58,712 bases of DNA, from the IMG/VR virus record IMGVR_UViG_3300046705_000051, positions 1-58,712 of that record. One strand, given 5' to 3'. The stretch is from a virus (Duplodnaviria > Caudoviricetes). Every line of letters starts with the position of its first letter. Position 1 is the first letter of the stretch. Position numbers and translations under genes: made by a program. Below, in pieces: positions 47,597-56,840 of the stretch. The notes below the pieces were generated by a model. The model saw nothing but the letters and a program-made list of their open reading frames with translations, ran no database searches and had not been told where the DNA came from.

Positions 47597-48642
47597 GCGA
47601 CATCTATTCGCAGCTCAAGCCGGCGTGGCACCCGGACCGACTGGCGGACCTGAAAATGGGCATCCGCCCCAAGCCGATTCACGTGCAGTTGATCCTGTCG
47701 GACCTGTGCAACCACGATTGCTCGTTCTGCGCGTATCGCATGTCGGCCGGCCTGTCCAACGAGCTATTCGCCGATGAGGCGGGCCGGGCCAACCCTCACC
47801 GCATGATACCCGCTGAGAAGGCAATCGAGATCGTGGACGACTGCGCTGAGATGGGCGTCGTGGCGCTCCAGTTCACGGGCGGCGGTGAGCCGACTGTACA
47901 CCCGCAGCATCGCGACATTTTCGTCCACGCCCAGAACCTTGGCATCGAAACCGCGCTCGTCACAAACGGCATCAAGATGCAGCCGAAGCACGAGGCGTTT
48001 CAGCGTATGACGTGGGTTCGGGTGAGTGTCGACGCTGGCGACCCGCTGACGTACAGCAAGGTCCGTCGCGTGCCGGTCGGCCATTGGATGAAGGTGTGGG
48101 CGAACATAGCGGCGCTGGCGGAGACGTACACGGGCACGCTGGGCGTCGGATTCGTGGTCACGCCGGAGAACTACAAAGGCATCGCGGTTGCGGCGCAGAT
48201 GGCGAAGGACGCGGGCGCCAAGAACATGCGGGTCGGTGCCGTGTTCAGCACGGCCGGCACGTCGTTCTACGGCGACCTGATCCCGGAGATATGCGGCGTG
48301 ATCGATAACGCCAAGTCGCGGATTGAGGGCAACGGCTTCGAGCTGGTGGATTTGTTCGGCCGCCGTCTGGGCGACCTCGAACACGGCCGGCCCACGGACC
48401 CGGACTGTCACTACCAATACCTGACGGTCTACATTGGTGGCGACCTGTTCGTCTACCGCTGCTGCAACACGGCGTACACGGAGGCGGGCAAGGTCGGCAG
48501 CCTCAAGGACCAGCGATTCAAGGACGCGATGCTTGCCTACGAGCCGTTCGACGCACGCGGTTGCCGCTTCTGTCAGTTTTTGGGGCAGAATCACGCGATC
48601 AAGGCGCTGTTGCACGAACCGACACACGTCAACTTCGTATGA
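47593..48642 (+). CDS. Radical SAM enzyme with SPASM/Twitch domain
   Basis: CNHDCSFC, FTGGGEP, TNG, RVSVDA; C-terminal C...YRCC...CRFC. Confidence 0.92.
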   Translation: MSDIYSQLKPAWHPDRLADLKMGIRPKPIHVQLILSDLCNHDCSFCAYRMSAGLSNELFADEAGRANPHRMIPAEKAIEIVDDCAEMGVVALQFTGGGEPTVHPQHRDIFVHAQNLGIETALVTNGIKMQPKHEAFQRMTWVRVSVDAGDPLTYSKVRRVPVGHWMKVWANIAALAETYTGTLGVGFVVTPENYKGIAVAAQMAKDAGAKNMRVGAVFSTAGTSFYGDLIPEICGVIDNAKSRIEGNGFELVDLFGRRLGDLEHGRPTDPDCHYQYLTVYIGGDLFVYRCCNTAYTEAGKVGSLKDQRFKDAMLAYEPFDARGCRFCQFLGQNHAIKALLHEPTHVNFV

Positions 48643-48977
48643 GTGCCTCGCCCGTGAAGGATTCGCTAGGGAGGGCATGCGTTCCGGCCTGCATCGATTG
48701 CCAGGAACTGGAAAAATGCGCTCGGTTCGGTTGTGGCGCGGCGGCCCTCCTCCGCATGAACGAGCGCCGGTGTAAGGGTGCATTCCTGAACATCGATAAC
48801 GGCAATGGGACCGGCCACACCTTCGAGTGCATACTTGAGGCGGGCCACGCGGGCCCCCATGGCGCTCTCGGAGATGGCGGCAAGCGACTGCGCTGGTCCG
48901 GCGCACCCGCGGCAGCGGCACCACCCCCACGGCTGCCGCAGTCGAAGCGGCCGTCGATCGAGGTGCCAAACTCATGA
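48639..48977 (+). CDS. Cys/His-rich hypothetical protein
   Basis: Coupled; C-x-LEAGHAGPH. Confidence 0.5.
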   Translation: MSASPVKDSLGRACVPACIDCQELEKCARFGCGAAALLRMNERRCKGAFLNIDNGNGTGHTFECILEAGHAGPHGALGDGGKRLRWSGAPAAAAPPPRLPQSKRPSIEVPNS

Positions 48978-49678
48978 TCTCCATCTGCGTCCCGTACTTT
49001 GACCGCCCGCAGATGCTGGCCGAGATGTTCGCGGAGCACGCGCGCCTGTACCCGGACCTCGACATCGAGTATAGCATTGCCGACGACGGCTCGGTCCCGC
49101 CCGCTATCGTGCCGGCTGCCGCTATCCTGACACGCCTGCCGCCGAAGTCGCATGCGTTGAATCCCTGCGTCCCGCTCAACTGCGCCGTCAACGCATCGAC
49201 GCGCGACATCATTGTTCTGACCGCGCCAGAGATCCAGCACCGGCAGCCGATCCTGCACGAGATGCTGAACCTGCTGAAGCATGAGGACGACTACGTGATT
49301 GCCTGCTGCCGGCATGCCGGACCGCAGCGGACGGCCGTATGGCTGGCCGGACCCGAGCTGGGCCAGACAATGAGCGATGCCGCTTTGCCACCGGGCGGCG
49401 GCCTCAACTTCCTGGTCATGCTCTCCCGCTCGCTCTGGCTGCGTGCTGGCGGCTTCGATGAGGAGTACAGGCAGGGCGGCGGCTGCGAGGATAACGACTG
49501 GCTCTGGCGCGTCTACGAGGCCGGGGCGCGGTTCCGCTTCACGACCGGCGTCGTCTGGCATCGGCGCGAGGGCAAGCGGCTGAAATGGCCGGCGAGCAAT
49601 CGTAAACTGCTGGAACGGAAATGGCCGGCCGAGCGACGGCGGTCTGTGGTGCAGCGACGAACGAGAGAGGCGGCATGA
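48974..49678 (+). CDS. GT2/galactosyltransferase-like glycosyltransferase
   Basis: ISICVPYFDR, ADDGS, GGFDEEY...GCEDND. Confidence 0.88.
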   Translation: MISICVPYFDRPQMLAEMFAEHARLYPDLDIEYSIADDGSVPPAIVPAAAILTRLPPKSHALNPCVPLNCAVNASTRDIIVLTAPEIQHRQPILHEMLNLLKHEDDYVIACCRHAGPQRTAVWLAGPELGQTMSDAALPPGGGLNFLVMLSRSLWLRAGGFDEEYRQGGGCEDNDWLWRVYEAGARFRFTTGVVWHRREGKRLKWPASNRKLLERKWPAERRRSVVQRRTREAA

Positions 49679-50336
49679 GCACGTTTGTGCGAGTGGACGT
49701 AGTGCCCGGAGAATTGCTGGCGGCGAATACGGAACTGGCCGCCGAGAAGGTTGATGGCGTCTGGCACGTTCGGGCGGCGGGTGAGGGCGATTTCGTCATC
49801 GGCCGAACGCCAACGGAAGCGGAGGCCGCGAACTTGCCCGCCCCGGATGTCGGCAGGGTGCTGATGATTCCGACACGGGAATGGGCTCGTGTTGCTGGCT
49901 GGATCGGGGGCGGGGCGGCATGACGGTGGTCACGGAGAGCCACGGACGGAAGTCCGTTGCGTGGATCGACCGGTACGGCAAAGAGTGGATGGCCTCTGTC
50001 TACAGCAGGGAGGAGATCCGGGCAGGGTGGAGGGAGGTAGACAGATTGGCGAATGCCGCCCGCGTGAATGTAAACCATGTGAGATTGCAGCCGGGCGCAA
50101 CCGGCGTGTATGCTGCAGCGGTCCATGATGAGGAAACCGCTCTCCGACTGACGGCGTTATATCGGCGTTACGTGTGCAACAATCCTCATGGCTGCCGTTG
50201 GACGGGTCGGCTGTGGCTGGCCGATGCCAACACTTCGCACACGTCACGGGGTCGGGTGCACAGAATCGTCGTTGACGTCCTCGGCCCGACAGCGCCATAC
50301 GATGGCGAGCCACCATTGTTTGCGGAGGAGCTGTGA
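49675..50336 (+). other. Two hypothetical ORFs (49675-49923, 49920-50336)
   Basis: ATGA/GTGA coupling. Confidence 0.5.
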
Positions 50337-51853
50337 TCGCCACGGCCGGCGACTACCAGACGGCGAAACGGATGGCCGACAAGCTGCGCGCCATCCCGAT
50401 CCCGGACGACCTGTCCGGGCTGTCTGTGCTGGATGTCGGCTGCGACCACGGCGGTTTCTGCAAACTCGCGTCCGACCGGGGCGCGGCCCGTGTGCTCGGC
50501 ATCGACCGCGGCCGTGACGTTCGGATCAACGGCGGCAAGCAGTTCATCGACCTTGCCGAGCGGAACACACAACAGGGCTGGCGCGGCTGCGAGTTCCGCT
50601 CGCTGTCGGTCGGCAAGGAATGGCCGGACCTCGGAGAGTTCGACCTCGTGTTCTGCTTCAGCCTGTACCATCACGTCTACGGCGAGGTCGGGCAGCATCT
50701 ACCCATCTGGCGGTGGCTCTGGCAGCAGACGCGGGGCGTTCTACTGTGGGAAGGCCCGGTCAGCACGGCCGACCCGATTGCGCGCGACCGAGCCAAGGGG
50801 CGCTTCGATTACGACCGCGACAGCATCTGGAACGCGGCGTCCAACTTCTTCCACGTCGAGCACATCGGACCCGCGCTGCACAGGCCGCACCGCGAGGTCT
50901 GGCGCTGCACGACGAAAAGAGTGCCCGATGATCGAGGGGACGATCCAAAGCGGGAGCGGGATGGCGAGCAAGGCGTTCCTCGACCCGTCGCGCAACCGAA
51001 TGGCCGAGATCCGCGACGTAACGGGCTGGTCGCCGTATCCGGGGACGTTGAACCTGTCGGTCGCAGACCTCACCGCGGCGATCCGGTCGCTCGGGCCACC
51101 GGGGGCCGCCATCGATCTACAGAACCCACTCGGCCCGCTCATGATGTGGCTCGCCGAGCTGCGCGCTACCGACAGCAGCAGCCACAACGTGTTCGTCGTG
51201 CGCCATCCGCGGACCCGGACCCGCTACCTGGAGATCGTGGCGCCGTATCGGTTGCGGACATTTCTGCGGGATGGCGACCGGGTGACTTTGACGATACTCG
51301 CGCCATCATCCTTGGCGGCGCCAAGTGCGTCTGGGACGACGTGAGGCGACTGGAAGCCATGCTCGGCCGGCCGTGGAACGGGCTCGTGATCGCGGTCAAC
51401 GACGTGGGCTGCGTCTGGCCTCGCCGGCTGGATCACTGGTGTAGCCTGCACGCGGAGAAGCTACCGAAGTGGCAGCAGATCCGACGCAAGCACGGCCATC
51501 CCGGCCAGTACGAAACGTGGGGCTCGCGCCAGAAGAAGGTCGACCACAACATCCAGCCGTGGGGCGGCGGTTCCAGCGGCTTGCTCGGTGTGACAGTCGC
51601 GCTGGACCACCTGAAATGCACGACGGTCATCCTCTGCGGGATACCGATGGACAAGCAGCCGCACTTCGCCGAATCGGTCGAGCACCAGCCGACGCGGGTA
51701 TGGAATAGCGGCGACAGTCACTGGCGGGTGTGGAAAAAGGACACGGTAAGCCGTAGAATGATGGATCGGGTCCGCAGCATGTCCGGCCGAACGCGGGACA
51801 TGCTGGGCGAGCCGGATTGCGAATGGCTGGGCTGCTTCGAGGAGGCCGCATGA
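50333..51853 (+). CDS. Class I SAM methyltransferase fused, via an off-frame-looking linker, to a Maf/MptE/sialyltransferase-like Rossmann domain
   Basis: VLDVGCDHG, FDLVFCFSLYHH; C-terminal AIILGGAKCVWDD, IAVND, GSSGL, VILCGIPMD. Confidence 0.75.
   Translation: MIATAGDYQTAKRMADKLRAIPIPDDLSGLSVLDVGCDHGGFCKLASDRGAARVLGIDRGRDVRINGGKQFIDLAERNTQQGWRGCEFRSLSVGKEWPDLGEFDLVFCFSLYHHVYGEVGQHLPIWRWLWQQTRGVLLWEGPVSTADPIARDRAKGRFDYDRDSIWNAASNFFHVEHIGPALHRPHREVWRCTTKRVPDDRGDDPKRERDGEQGVPRPVAQPNGRDPRRNGLVAVSGDVEPVGRRPHRGDPVARATGGRHRSTEPTRPAHDVARRAARYRQQQPQRVRRAPSADPDPLPGDRGAVSVADISAGWRPGDFDDTRAIILGGAKCVWDDVRRLEAMLGRPWNGLVIAVNDVGCVWPRRLDHWCSLHAEKLPKWQQIRRKHGHPGQYETWGSRQKKVDHNIQPWGGGSSGLLGVTVALDHLKCTTVILCGIPMDKQPHFAESVEHQPTRVWNSGDSHWRVWKKDTVSRRMMDRVRSMSGRTRDMLGEPDCEWLGCFEEAA
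50928..51344 (+). CDS. CTP-dependent riboflavin kinase-like (DUF120/RIFT barrel) protein, nested in the +1 frame
   Basis: GTIQSGSG, PYPGTLNL, LEIVAPYRLR, DGDRV match archaeal-type riboflavin kinase motifs. Confidence 0.75.
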   Translation: MIEGTIQSGSGMASKAFLDPSRNRMAEIRDVTGWSPYPGTLNLSVADLTAAIRSLGPPGAAIDLQNPLGPLMMWLAELRATDSSSHNVFVVRHPRTRTRYLEIVAPYRLRTFLRDGDRVTLTILAPSSLAAPSASGTT

Positions 51854-53274
51854 GCGAGACCGACGGCGTAGCGGTAGCGAACCGCGGCCATCAGATCATC
51901 CTGAACGAGATCGAGACGCTGGTCCGCCAACGTGTCGCGGCGCAGCACGGTCTGCAATATGGCGGCCAGCGAAAGATATTTGAAGTCGGCGGGTATCTCG
52001 AAAGTCCCACTTACAAGAACTTCCGTTCTGTGTACGAGCGCGACCCGATCGCCGGGCAGATTGTCGACATGGTAGCGGAAACGACGTGGCGCGCGCCGCC
52101 AGAGATCAGCGAGCCGGACAAGCCGGACGGGACGCCGTTCACCGAGGCGGTCGCTACCCTGGTCGACCGGCTCGGCGTGTGGTCGATGTTCGAGCGAGCC
52201 GACCGGCTGGCACGCATTGGCCGCTACTCCGTCGTTCTGATTGGAACGGGCGCGACCGACGACGTGCTGAAGCAGCCGATGCGCAACCTGCGTGGTCCTG
52301 ACGACGTGCTGTTCCTTGCGCCGTACAGCGAGGCACACGCGACGATCGAGTCATGGGTCGAGGATGGCTCCGATCCGCGGTTCGGCCTGCCGCTGACATA
52401 CAAGATCGACCTCGCGAGCGGCGTCACTGGCTTCATGCGCAACCGGCCCGGCACGTTGGAGGTCCACTGGTCGCACTGCCTGCATATCGCGGAGGGCCTG
52501 CTTGACGATGAGGTCTACGGCCGCCCGGCGTTACTGCGGATCTACAACGACCTCCACGACCTCCAGAAGATCAGCACATCGACGGCCGAGGCGTTCTGGC
52601 AGCGCGTTGCGGGGATCCTGCAAGCCGTGATCGGCGCCAAGCGTGAGCAGGCGAGCATCACGGATGCGGAACTGGAAGAACTGGACACGGCGCTCAAGGA
52701 ATTGTACCACGACCTGCGCCGCACGTTCTACGGGCAGGACATCGAGCTCAAGCGGCTGGCCGAGTCGGAGCCGAACCCGGAGGCCGCGGCCGATCTGTAC
52801 ATGACCCGCATCTCGGCCGGGTGCGGCATCCCCAAGCGCATGTTGTTCGGGAGCGAAACCGGCGAGCGGTCATCGACCGAGGACCAGAAGTCCTACCTTG
52901 GCAGCATTGCCGAACGCCAGAAGAACCACGCCGAGCCGCGGGCGCTGCGTCCGTTCCTGGACCGGCTGGTCGCTCGCAAAGGGCTGACCCGTCCGGGGGA
53001 GGAAGGCTATGACGTTGTATGGCCGACGCTGTTCCAGGTGCCGGAACTCGACGTCGCGGAGGCCAACCTGAAGCGGGCGCAGGCCGCCGCCGCTCTTACT
53101 CCAATTGGTGGCGACCCGACGCTGTCGGTTGAGGTCGACGAAGATCGTAATGTGTGGCTGATCCCTCGCACGGCCGACGATCCGTCACCGTATGCGAATC
53201 TGCCACCGAAGCCGGGCGAGGAAACGGACGAACCGCCGGCCGATACGGGCGGCGAAATGGACGAAGCCGCATGA
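51850..53274 (+). CDS. Portal protein (DUF1073 family)
   Basis: YERDPIAGQIVD, ADRLARIGRYS, RFGLPLTY, GIPKRMLFGSETGERSSTED. Confidence 0.9.
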   Translation: MSETDGVAVANRGHQIILNEIETLVRQRVAAQHGLQYGGQRKIFEVGGYLESPTYKNFRSVYERDPIAGQIVDMVAETTWRAPPEISEPDKPDGTPFTEAVATLVDRLGVWSMFERADRLARIGRYSVVLIGTGATDDVLKQPMRNLRGPDDVLFLAPYSEAHATIESWVEDGSDPRFGLPLTYKIDLASGVTGFMRNRPGTLEVHWSHCLHIAEGLLDDEVYGRPALLRIYNDLHDLQKISTSTAEAFWQRVAGILQAVIGAKREQASITDAELEELDTALKELYHDLRRTFYGQDIELKRLAESEPNPEAAADLYMTRISAGCGIPKRMLFGSETGERSSTEDQKSYLGSIAERQKNHAEPRALRPFLDRLVARKGLTRPGEEGYDVVWPTLFQVPELDVAEANLKRAQAAAALTPIGGDPTLSVEVDEDRNVWLIPRTADDPSPYANLPPKPGEETDEPPADTGGEMDEAA

Positions 53275-53919
53275 ATCCGGAACAGCTCGCCGCGCTCGGC
53301 CAGAACGCGCTGGCGTGGGCCAAAGCGTTTACCGCACTCAAGGCGGCGCTGATTGCCGAAGGTGTGCAGCCGGACGAGGCGGTCCGTGTTGCACGTGACA
53401 CCACGTCGATAGCCGGCATGTACGAGGCTGACTCGGGCGAGCCGTGCCCACTGTGTGGCAAGTGAGGGGAGCGATGGACAGAAAGTCATTTCTCGGGTCG
53501 GCGCTCACGCTACTGGCAGTTCCGTTCGTGGCGTGGCGAAGCCGGACCGAGGGCGTCCCCCTAGTGGGACCGTCCATCGATGCGAATGAATACGAGATGA
53601 ACCTCGCGTACGAAGTGGTCGAGCGGACACAGCAAGGCGATGTGACGATACTCCGGCCGGGTAAGCTGTATTCTGTCGGGCTGGTTCCGAAGCGCGACAT
53701 CCGCCCGTGACTGCCCTCCTGACCGTCGAGCAATCACTCGGCCCGCCGAACGTCGAGTGTCCCGAATGTCTGGGCTCGGGCTGGTCGTGCGAGTACCATG
53801 TCGGCAAGCCGTGGTCGGCCCATGTCGGCAACGAGCGAGGCTGTGCGCCAGACTGCGCGGGTCCGAGTATGCCGTGCCGTTGCAGGCCGGGCACTCGCCG
53901 TGCCGGGTACGTGCCATGA
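53271..53919 (+). other. Three small ORFs (53271-53465, 53474-53710 with Tat-like N-terminus, 53707-53919 Cys-rich)
   Basis: Coupled tiling between portal and head morphogenesis gene. Confidence 0.5.
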
Positions 53920-54917
53920 CCGCCCTCGCCGTCCAGCAGCTACCGCCGAAGTCCGGCCGACCACGCTCGCGGTTCTACACGATTGCGCAACGGATCGCGT
54001 CCAGGTTCGAGCCGGCCGTGGCTGCGGCGTTCCTGCGGTCGATTGAGCGGCTGATTGCGCACATTGACGAGGCCGACCTGCTGTCTGCGATTGCGTCCGG
54101 CAACCTCAACCTAATCGCGGGCGCTGCTGGCGCCGGCCGGTTGGAAGGCTTCATTGGCACGGACGAAACATTACGCCGTGCGTTGGCCAACACGGCGGCA
54201 GCGACCGGGCGCGCGAGTGCCGAGATCCTGAGCGATGCGAGCGGGCTGGCGTTTCGCTTCAACGCCTTTGATCCGAACGTGGTCATGTTTGCTCGCACGC
54301 AGACGGCGGAACTTGTGGTCGCGGTCGGTGAGGACGTGCGCGAGGCGATACGCATTGTCGTGGCACTCGGCAACGAGGTCGGGCTGACGGTCGAACAGCA
54401 GGCGCGTGCCATCCGTGAAGTCGTCGGGCTGCCGCCGAACTGGGCCAATGCGCCGCTCAACCTGCGTCGTGAACTGGAAGTCGGCCGGTTCACCCACACC
54501 CGCCGACTGTCCGCCGTCGAGAAGGCGCAGATTCGCAAGCGCATCCGGGAAGGCACGATAGACGAGGCGTTCATTTCGCGTATGGAGCGCCGGTATGCCG
54601 AGAGCTTGCGCAACCGACGCGCGTTGAACATCGCGAGGACCGAGACACTGCGGGCGAGCCACCACGGCCAGCGGGTATCGTGGCGACAGGCCACCCGCGA
54701 GGGCGTATTGCCGGCGACAGCGCGCAGGATGTTCATCGTGACGCCAGACGACAGATTGCGCGAAACCCATGCGGCGGTACCGGGCATGAACCCGGACGGC
54801 GTCGGGCTGGACGAGCCGTTCCGCACGCCGCTCGGCCCGTTCCTCGACCCGCCGATCGAGCCGAATTGCAGGTGCGGCGTCGGGCTCGTGTTTCCGGGTC
54901 TGGCTGGTGTGCTATGA
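53916..54917 (+). CDS. Head morphogenesis protein (Mu gpF / SPP1 gp7 family)
   Basis: RALNIARTET, DDRLRETH, PPIEPNCRC. Confidence 0.9.
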   Translation: MTALAVQQLPPKSGRPRSRFYTIAQRIASRFEPAVAAAFLRSIERLIAHIDEADLLSAIASGNLNLIAGAAGAGRLEGFIGTDETLRRALANTAAATGRASAEILSDASGLAFRFNAFDPNVVMFARTQTAELVVAVGEDVREAIRIVVALGNEVGLTVEQQARAIREVVGLPPNWANAPLNLRRELEVGRFTHTRRLSAVEKAQIRKRIREGTIDEAFISRMERRYAESLRNRRALNIARTETLRASHHGQRVSWRQATREGVLPATARRMFIVTPDDRLRETHAAVPGMNPDGVGLDEPFRTPLGPFLDPPIEPNCRCGVGLVFPGLAGVL

Positions 54918-55120
54918 CACAGCTTTCGCCACGCCAGACCGAGGTCGCCGCGCTCATCGCGGAAGGGTTGAGCGACAAGGCGATTGCGCGCGAACTCGAT
55001 CTATCCTACGGTACGATCCGCCAGTATGTCGTCCGCATTGCAAGGCGCCTGCCGGGCAGTGGTCCGCCAAGGTGGCGCATCATGAGCTGGTACATTCGGC
55101 ACCACAAGTCAGCCGCGTAG
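54914..55120 (+). CDS. Stand-alone LuxR-type HTH protein
   Basis: LSPRQTEVAALIAEGLSDKAIARELDLSYGTIRQY. Confidence 0.88.
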   Translation: MTQLSPRQTEVAALIAEGLSDKAIARELDLSYGTIRQYVVRIARRLPGSGPPRWRIMSWYIRHHKSAA

Positions 55121-55192
55121 CTGTCCACAATCCGCGAACCGTTAGCAAAACGCTAGTACAGTAGCCTACGCACTGCCGCGCACCTTCCATCC

Positions 55193-56383
55193 ATGGAGCG
55201 CGTAGACTTTGCAGTACAGGCGATCGGGGCGGGCCGTGACGATGAGTTCATGGGCCGGCCGCATCGCGTGTTCCCCGCCGTGCTCGTCAAGTCGCAAGTC
55301 CTGCAAAACAATCTCGGCCGCACGTACCTGCCCGCTGACGCCATCACGCCGGCATGGGCTGCAGCCGCCAACATGGCGCCGGTCCTGACGCTGCATCCGG
55401 AGAAGCGTGGCCAGCCGGTAAGCGGACGCGACCGCGGCATCCTGAACGCAAGCGGTGCCGGCTTCCTGCTGAACGTGCGCGCCGAGGGCGACGAACTGCG
55501 GGGCGACGTGTTCATTGACGCCGCCCGCGCCGAGGCGATTGCCGACCTGAAGGTGATCCTCGCGAAGCTGGAGAAGGGCGAGCCGACCGAGCTGTCGACC
55601 GGCTTCCCCGTGTCGATCGAGGAAACGAAGGGCGCGCACAATGGCCGCGACTACGACCGCATCATCCGCCCGGCCGGTTTCGATCATCTCGCGATCTTCG
55701 CGACGGCGACCGGTGCGTGTTCGATCAAGGACGGCTGCGGGCTGGGGGTCAACCACTCCGGTGACTGTACGGTCGCTGAGTACGCGGGAGCGGGCGCCAT
55801 GGACGATCCCCAGCCCGGCTGGCTGAAGCAGATCACCGACCACGTATCCGCACTGCTCCGCAAACACACCGACAACGCCGTACCCACGCCCGAGGCGGGC
55901 GATCCCAAGGAGGATGAGTCGATGAATCGAGATCAGATGATTGCCAGCCTCGTCGCGAACGGGCTTTGCAAGGACGACCTGGCGAAGCTGTCCGACGACA
56001 GCATCAAGGCCATGCACGCAGCGGCGAACAAGTCGGCGCCTGCGGCGACCACGACGAGCGATGACCCCGAGGAGGTTGCGATCCTCCAGCGTCGCATCGT
56101 CGAACTCCGGCAGCAGAAGGAGTCGCTGGAGGCCGAGACACGGACCGCGCTTCTCGCCGAGAAGGAGGAGCGGATGCGGCTGGTCGAGGAGCTGATCTTC
56201 AATGGCAACACGCAGTATTCGGATGATGACATCCGCGCCATGAAGATCGGTGAGATCCGCAAGCTGCACGGCACCGTGTTCCGCCGTCAGGACTTCACGG
56301 CCCGCGGCGGTCCGCGCACCGGCACGGCTTCGTTGAGCTGGACACCGCAGTCGATCTTCGCCGCTCCGAAGGAGGCCAACTGA
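55193..56383 (+). CDS. DUF2213-like capsid protease/scaffold
   Basis: PVLTLHP, ELSTGF, DHLAI...GACSIKDGCG; helical C-terminus. Confidence 0.8.
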   Translation: MERVDFAVQAIGAGRDDEFMGRPHRVFPAVLVKSQVLQNNLGRTYLPADAITPAWAAAANMAPVLTLHPEKRGQPVSGRDRGILNASGAGFLLNVRAEGDELRGDVFIDAARAEAIADLKVILAKLEKGEPTELSTGFPVSIEETKGAHNGRDYDRIIRPAGFDHLAIFATATGACSIKDGCGLGVNHSGDCTVAEYAGAGAMDDPQPGWLKQITDHVSALLRKHTDNAVPTPEAGDPKEDESMNRDQMIASLVANGLCKDDLAKLSDDSIKAMHAAANKSAPAATTTSDDPEEVAILQRRIVELRQQKESLEAETRTALLAEKEERMRLVEELIFNGNTQYSDDDIRAMKIGEIRKLHGTVFRRQDFTARGGPRTGTASLSWTPQSIFAAPKEAN

Positions 56384-56826
56384 TGGCAACGCGCAACACG
56401 ATCAATCTGCGCGGCAACGCCCGTGAGCAGGACTTCACGGCGGAGGTTGCGCTGGGTCCGGGGATGCTCGTCCAGCGGTCGGCCTCCGACGCGGGCGCGG
56501 TCGAGAAGCATGCAGTGGCCGGCGGCGCCGCGCTGCCGATGTTCGTGCGAGAGCAGCACGAGAACACGGCCAGCGGGACGGTCGGCGGCGTCGACAACGA
56601 CATCGCGGCGGGCGACACGGTCACGGTCCTGTTTCCGGGGCTGGGTGACGTCATCAACTGTCGCACGGCGGATACGATCCTGGCCGGCGAATGGGTGGAA
56701 AGCGCTGGCGACGGGCTCGTTCGGCTGGGGAACAGCGGCTATCGCATCGGTCAGGCGCAACGCGCGTCGGACCTGTCAGGAACTGTCGGGCGGGTCGAGG
56801 TCGTCATCGCCCCGATCGGACTCTGA
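56383..56826 (+). CDS. Capsid decoration/cement protein
   Basis: PGMLVQ, LAGEWVESAGDGLV; directly precedes the MCP. Confidence 0.7.
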   Translation: MATRNTINLRGNAREQDFTAEVALGPGMLVQRSASDAGAVEKHAVAGGAALPMFVREQHENTASGTVGGVDNDIAAGDTVTVLFPGLGDVINCRTADTILAGEWVESAGDGLVRLGNSGYRIGQAQRASDLSGTVGRVEVVIAPIGL

Positions 56827-56840
56827 GGGAGGCTGAAACA

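Noticed and set aside
51850-53274. Anti-CBASS Acb1 (a label sometimes given to DUF1073 proteins)
   Set aside because: Size, motifs and position between terL and the head morphogenesis gene identify it as the portal.
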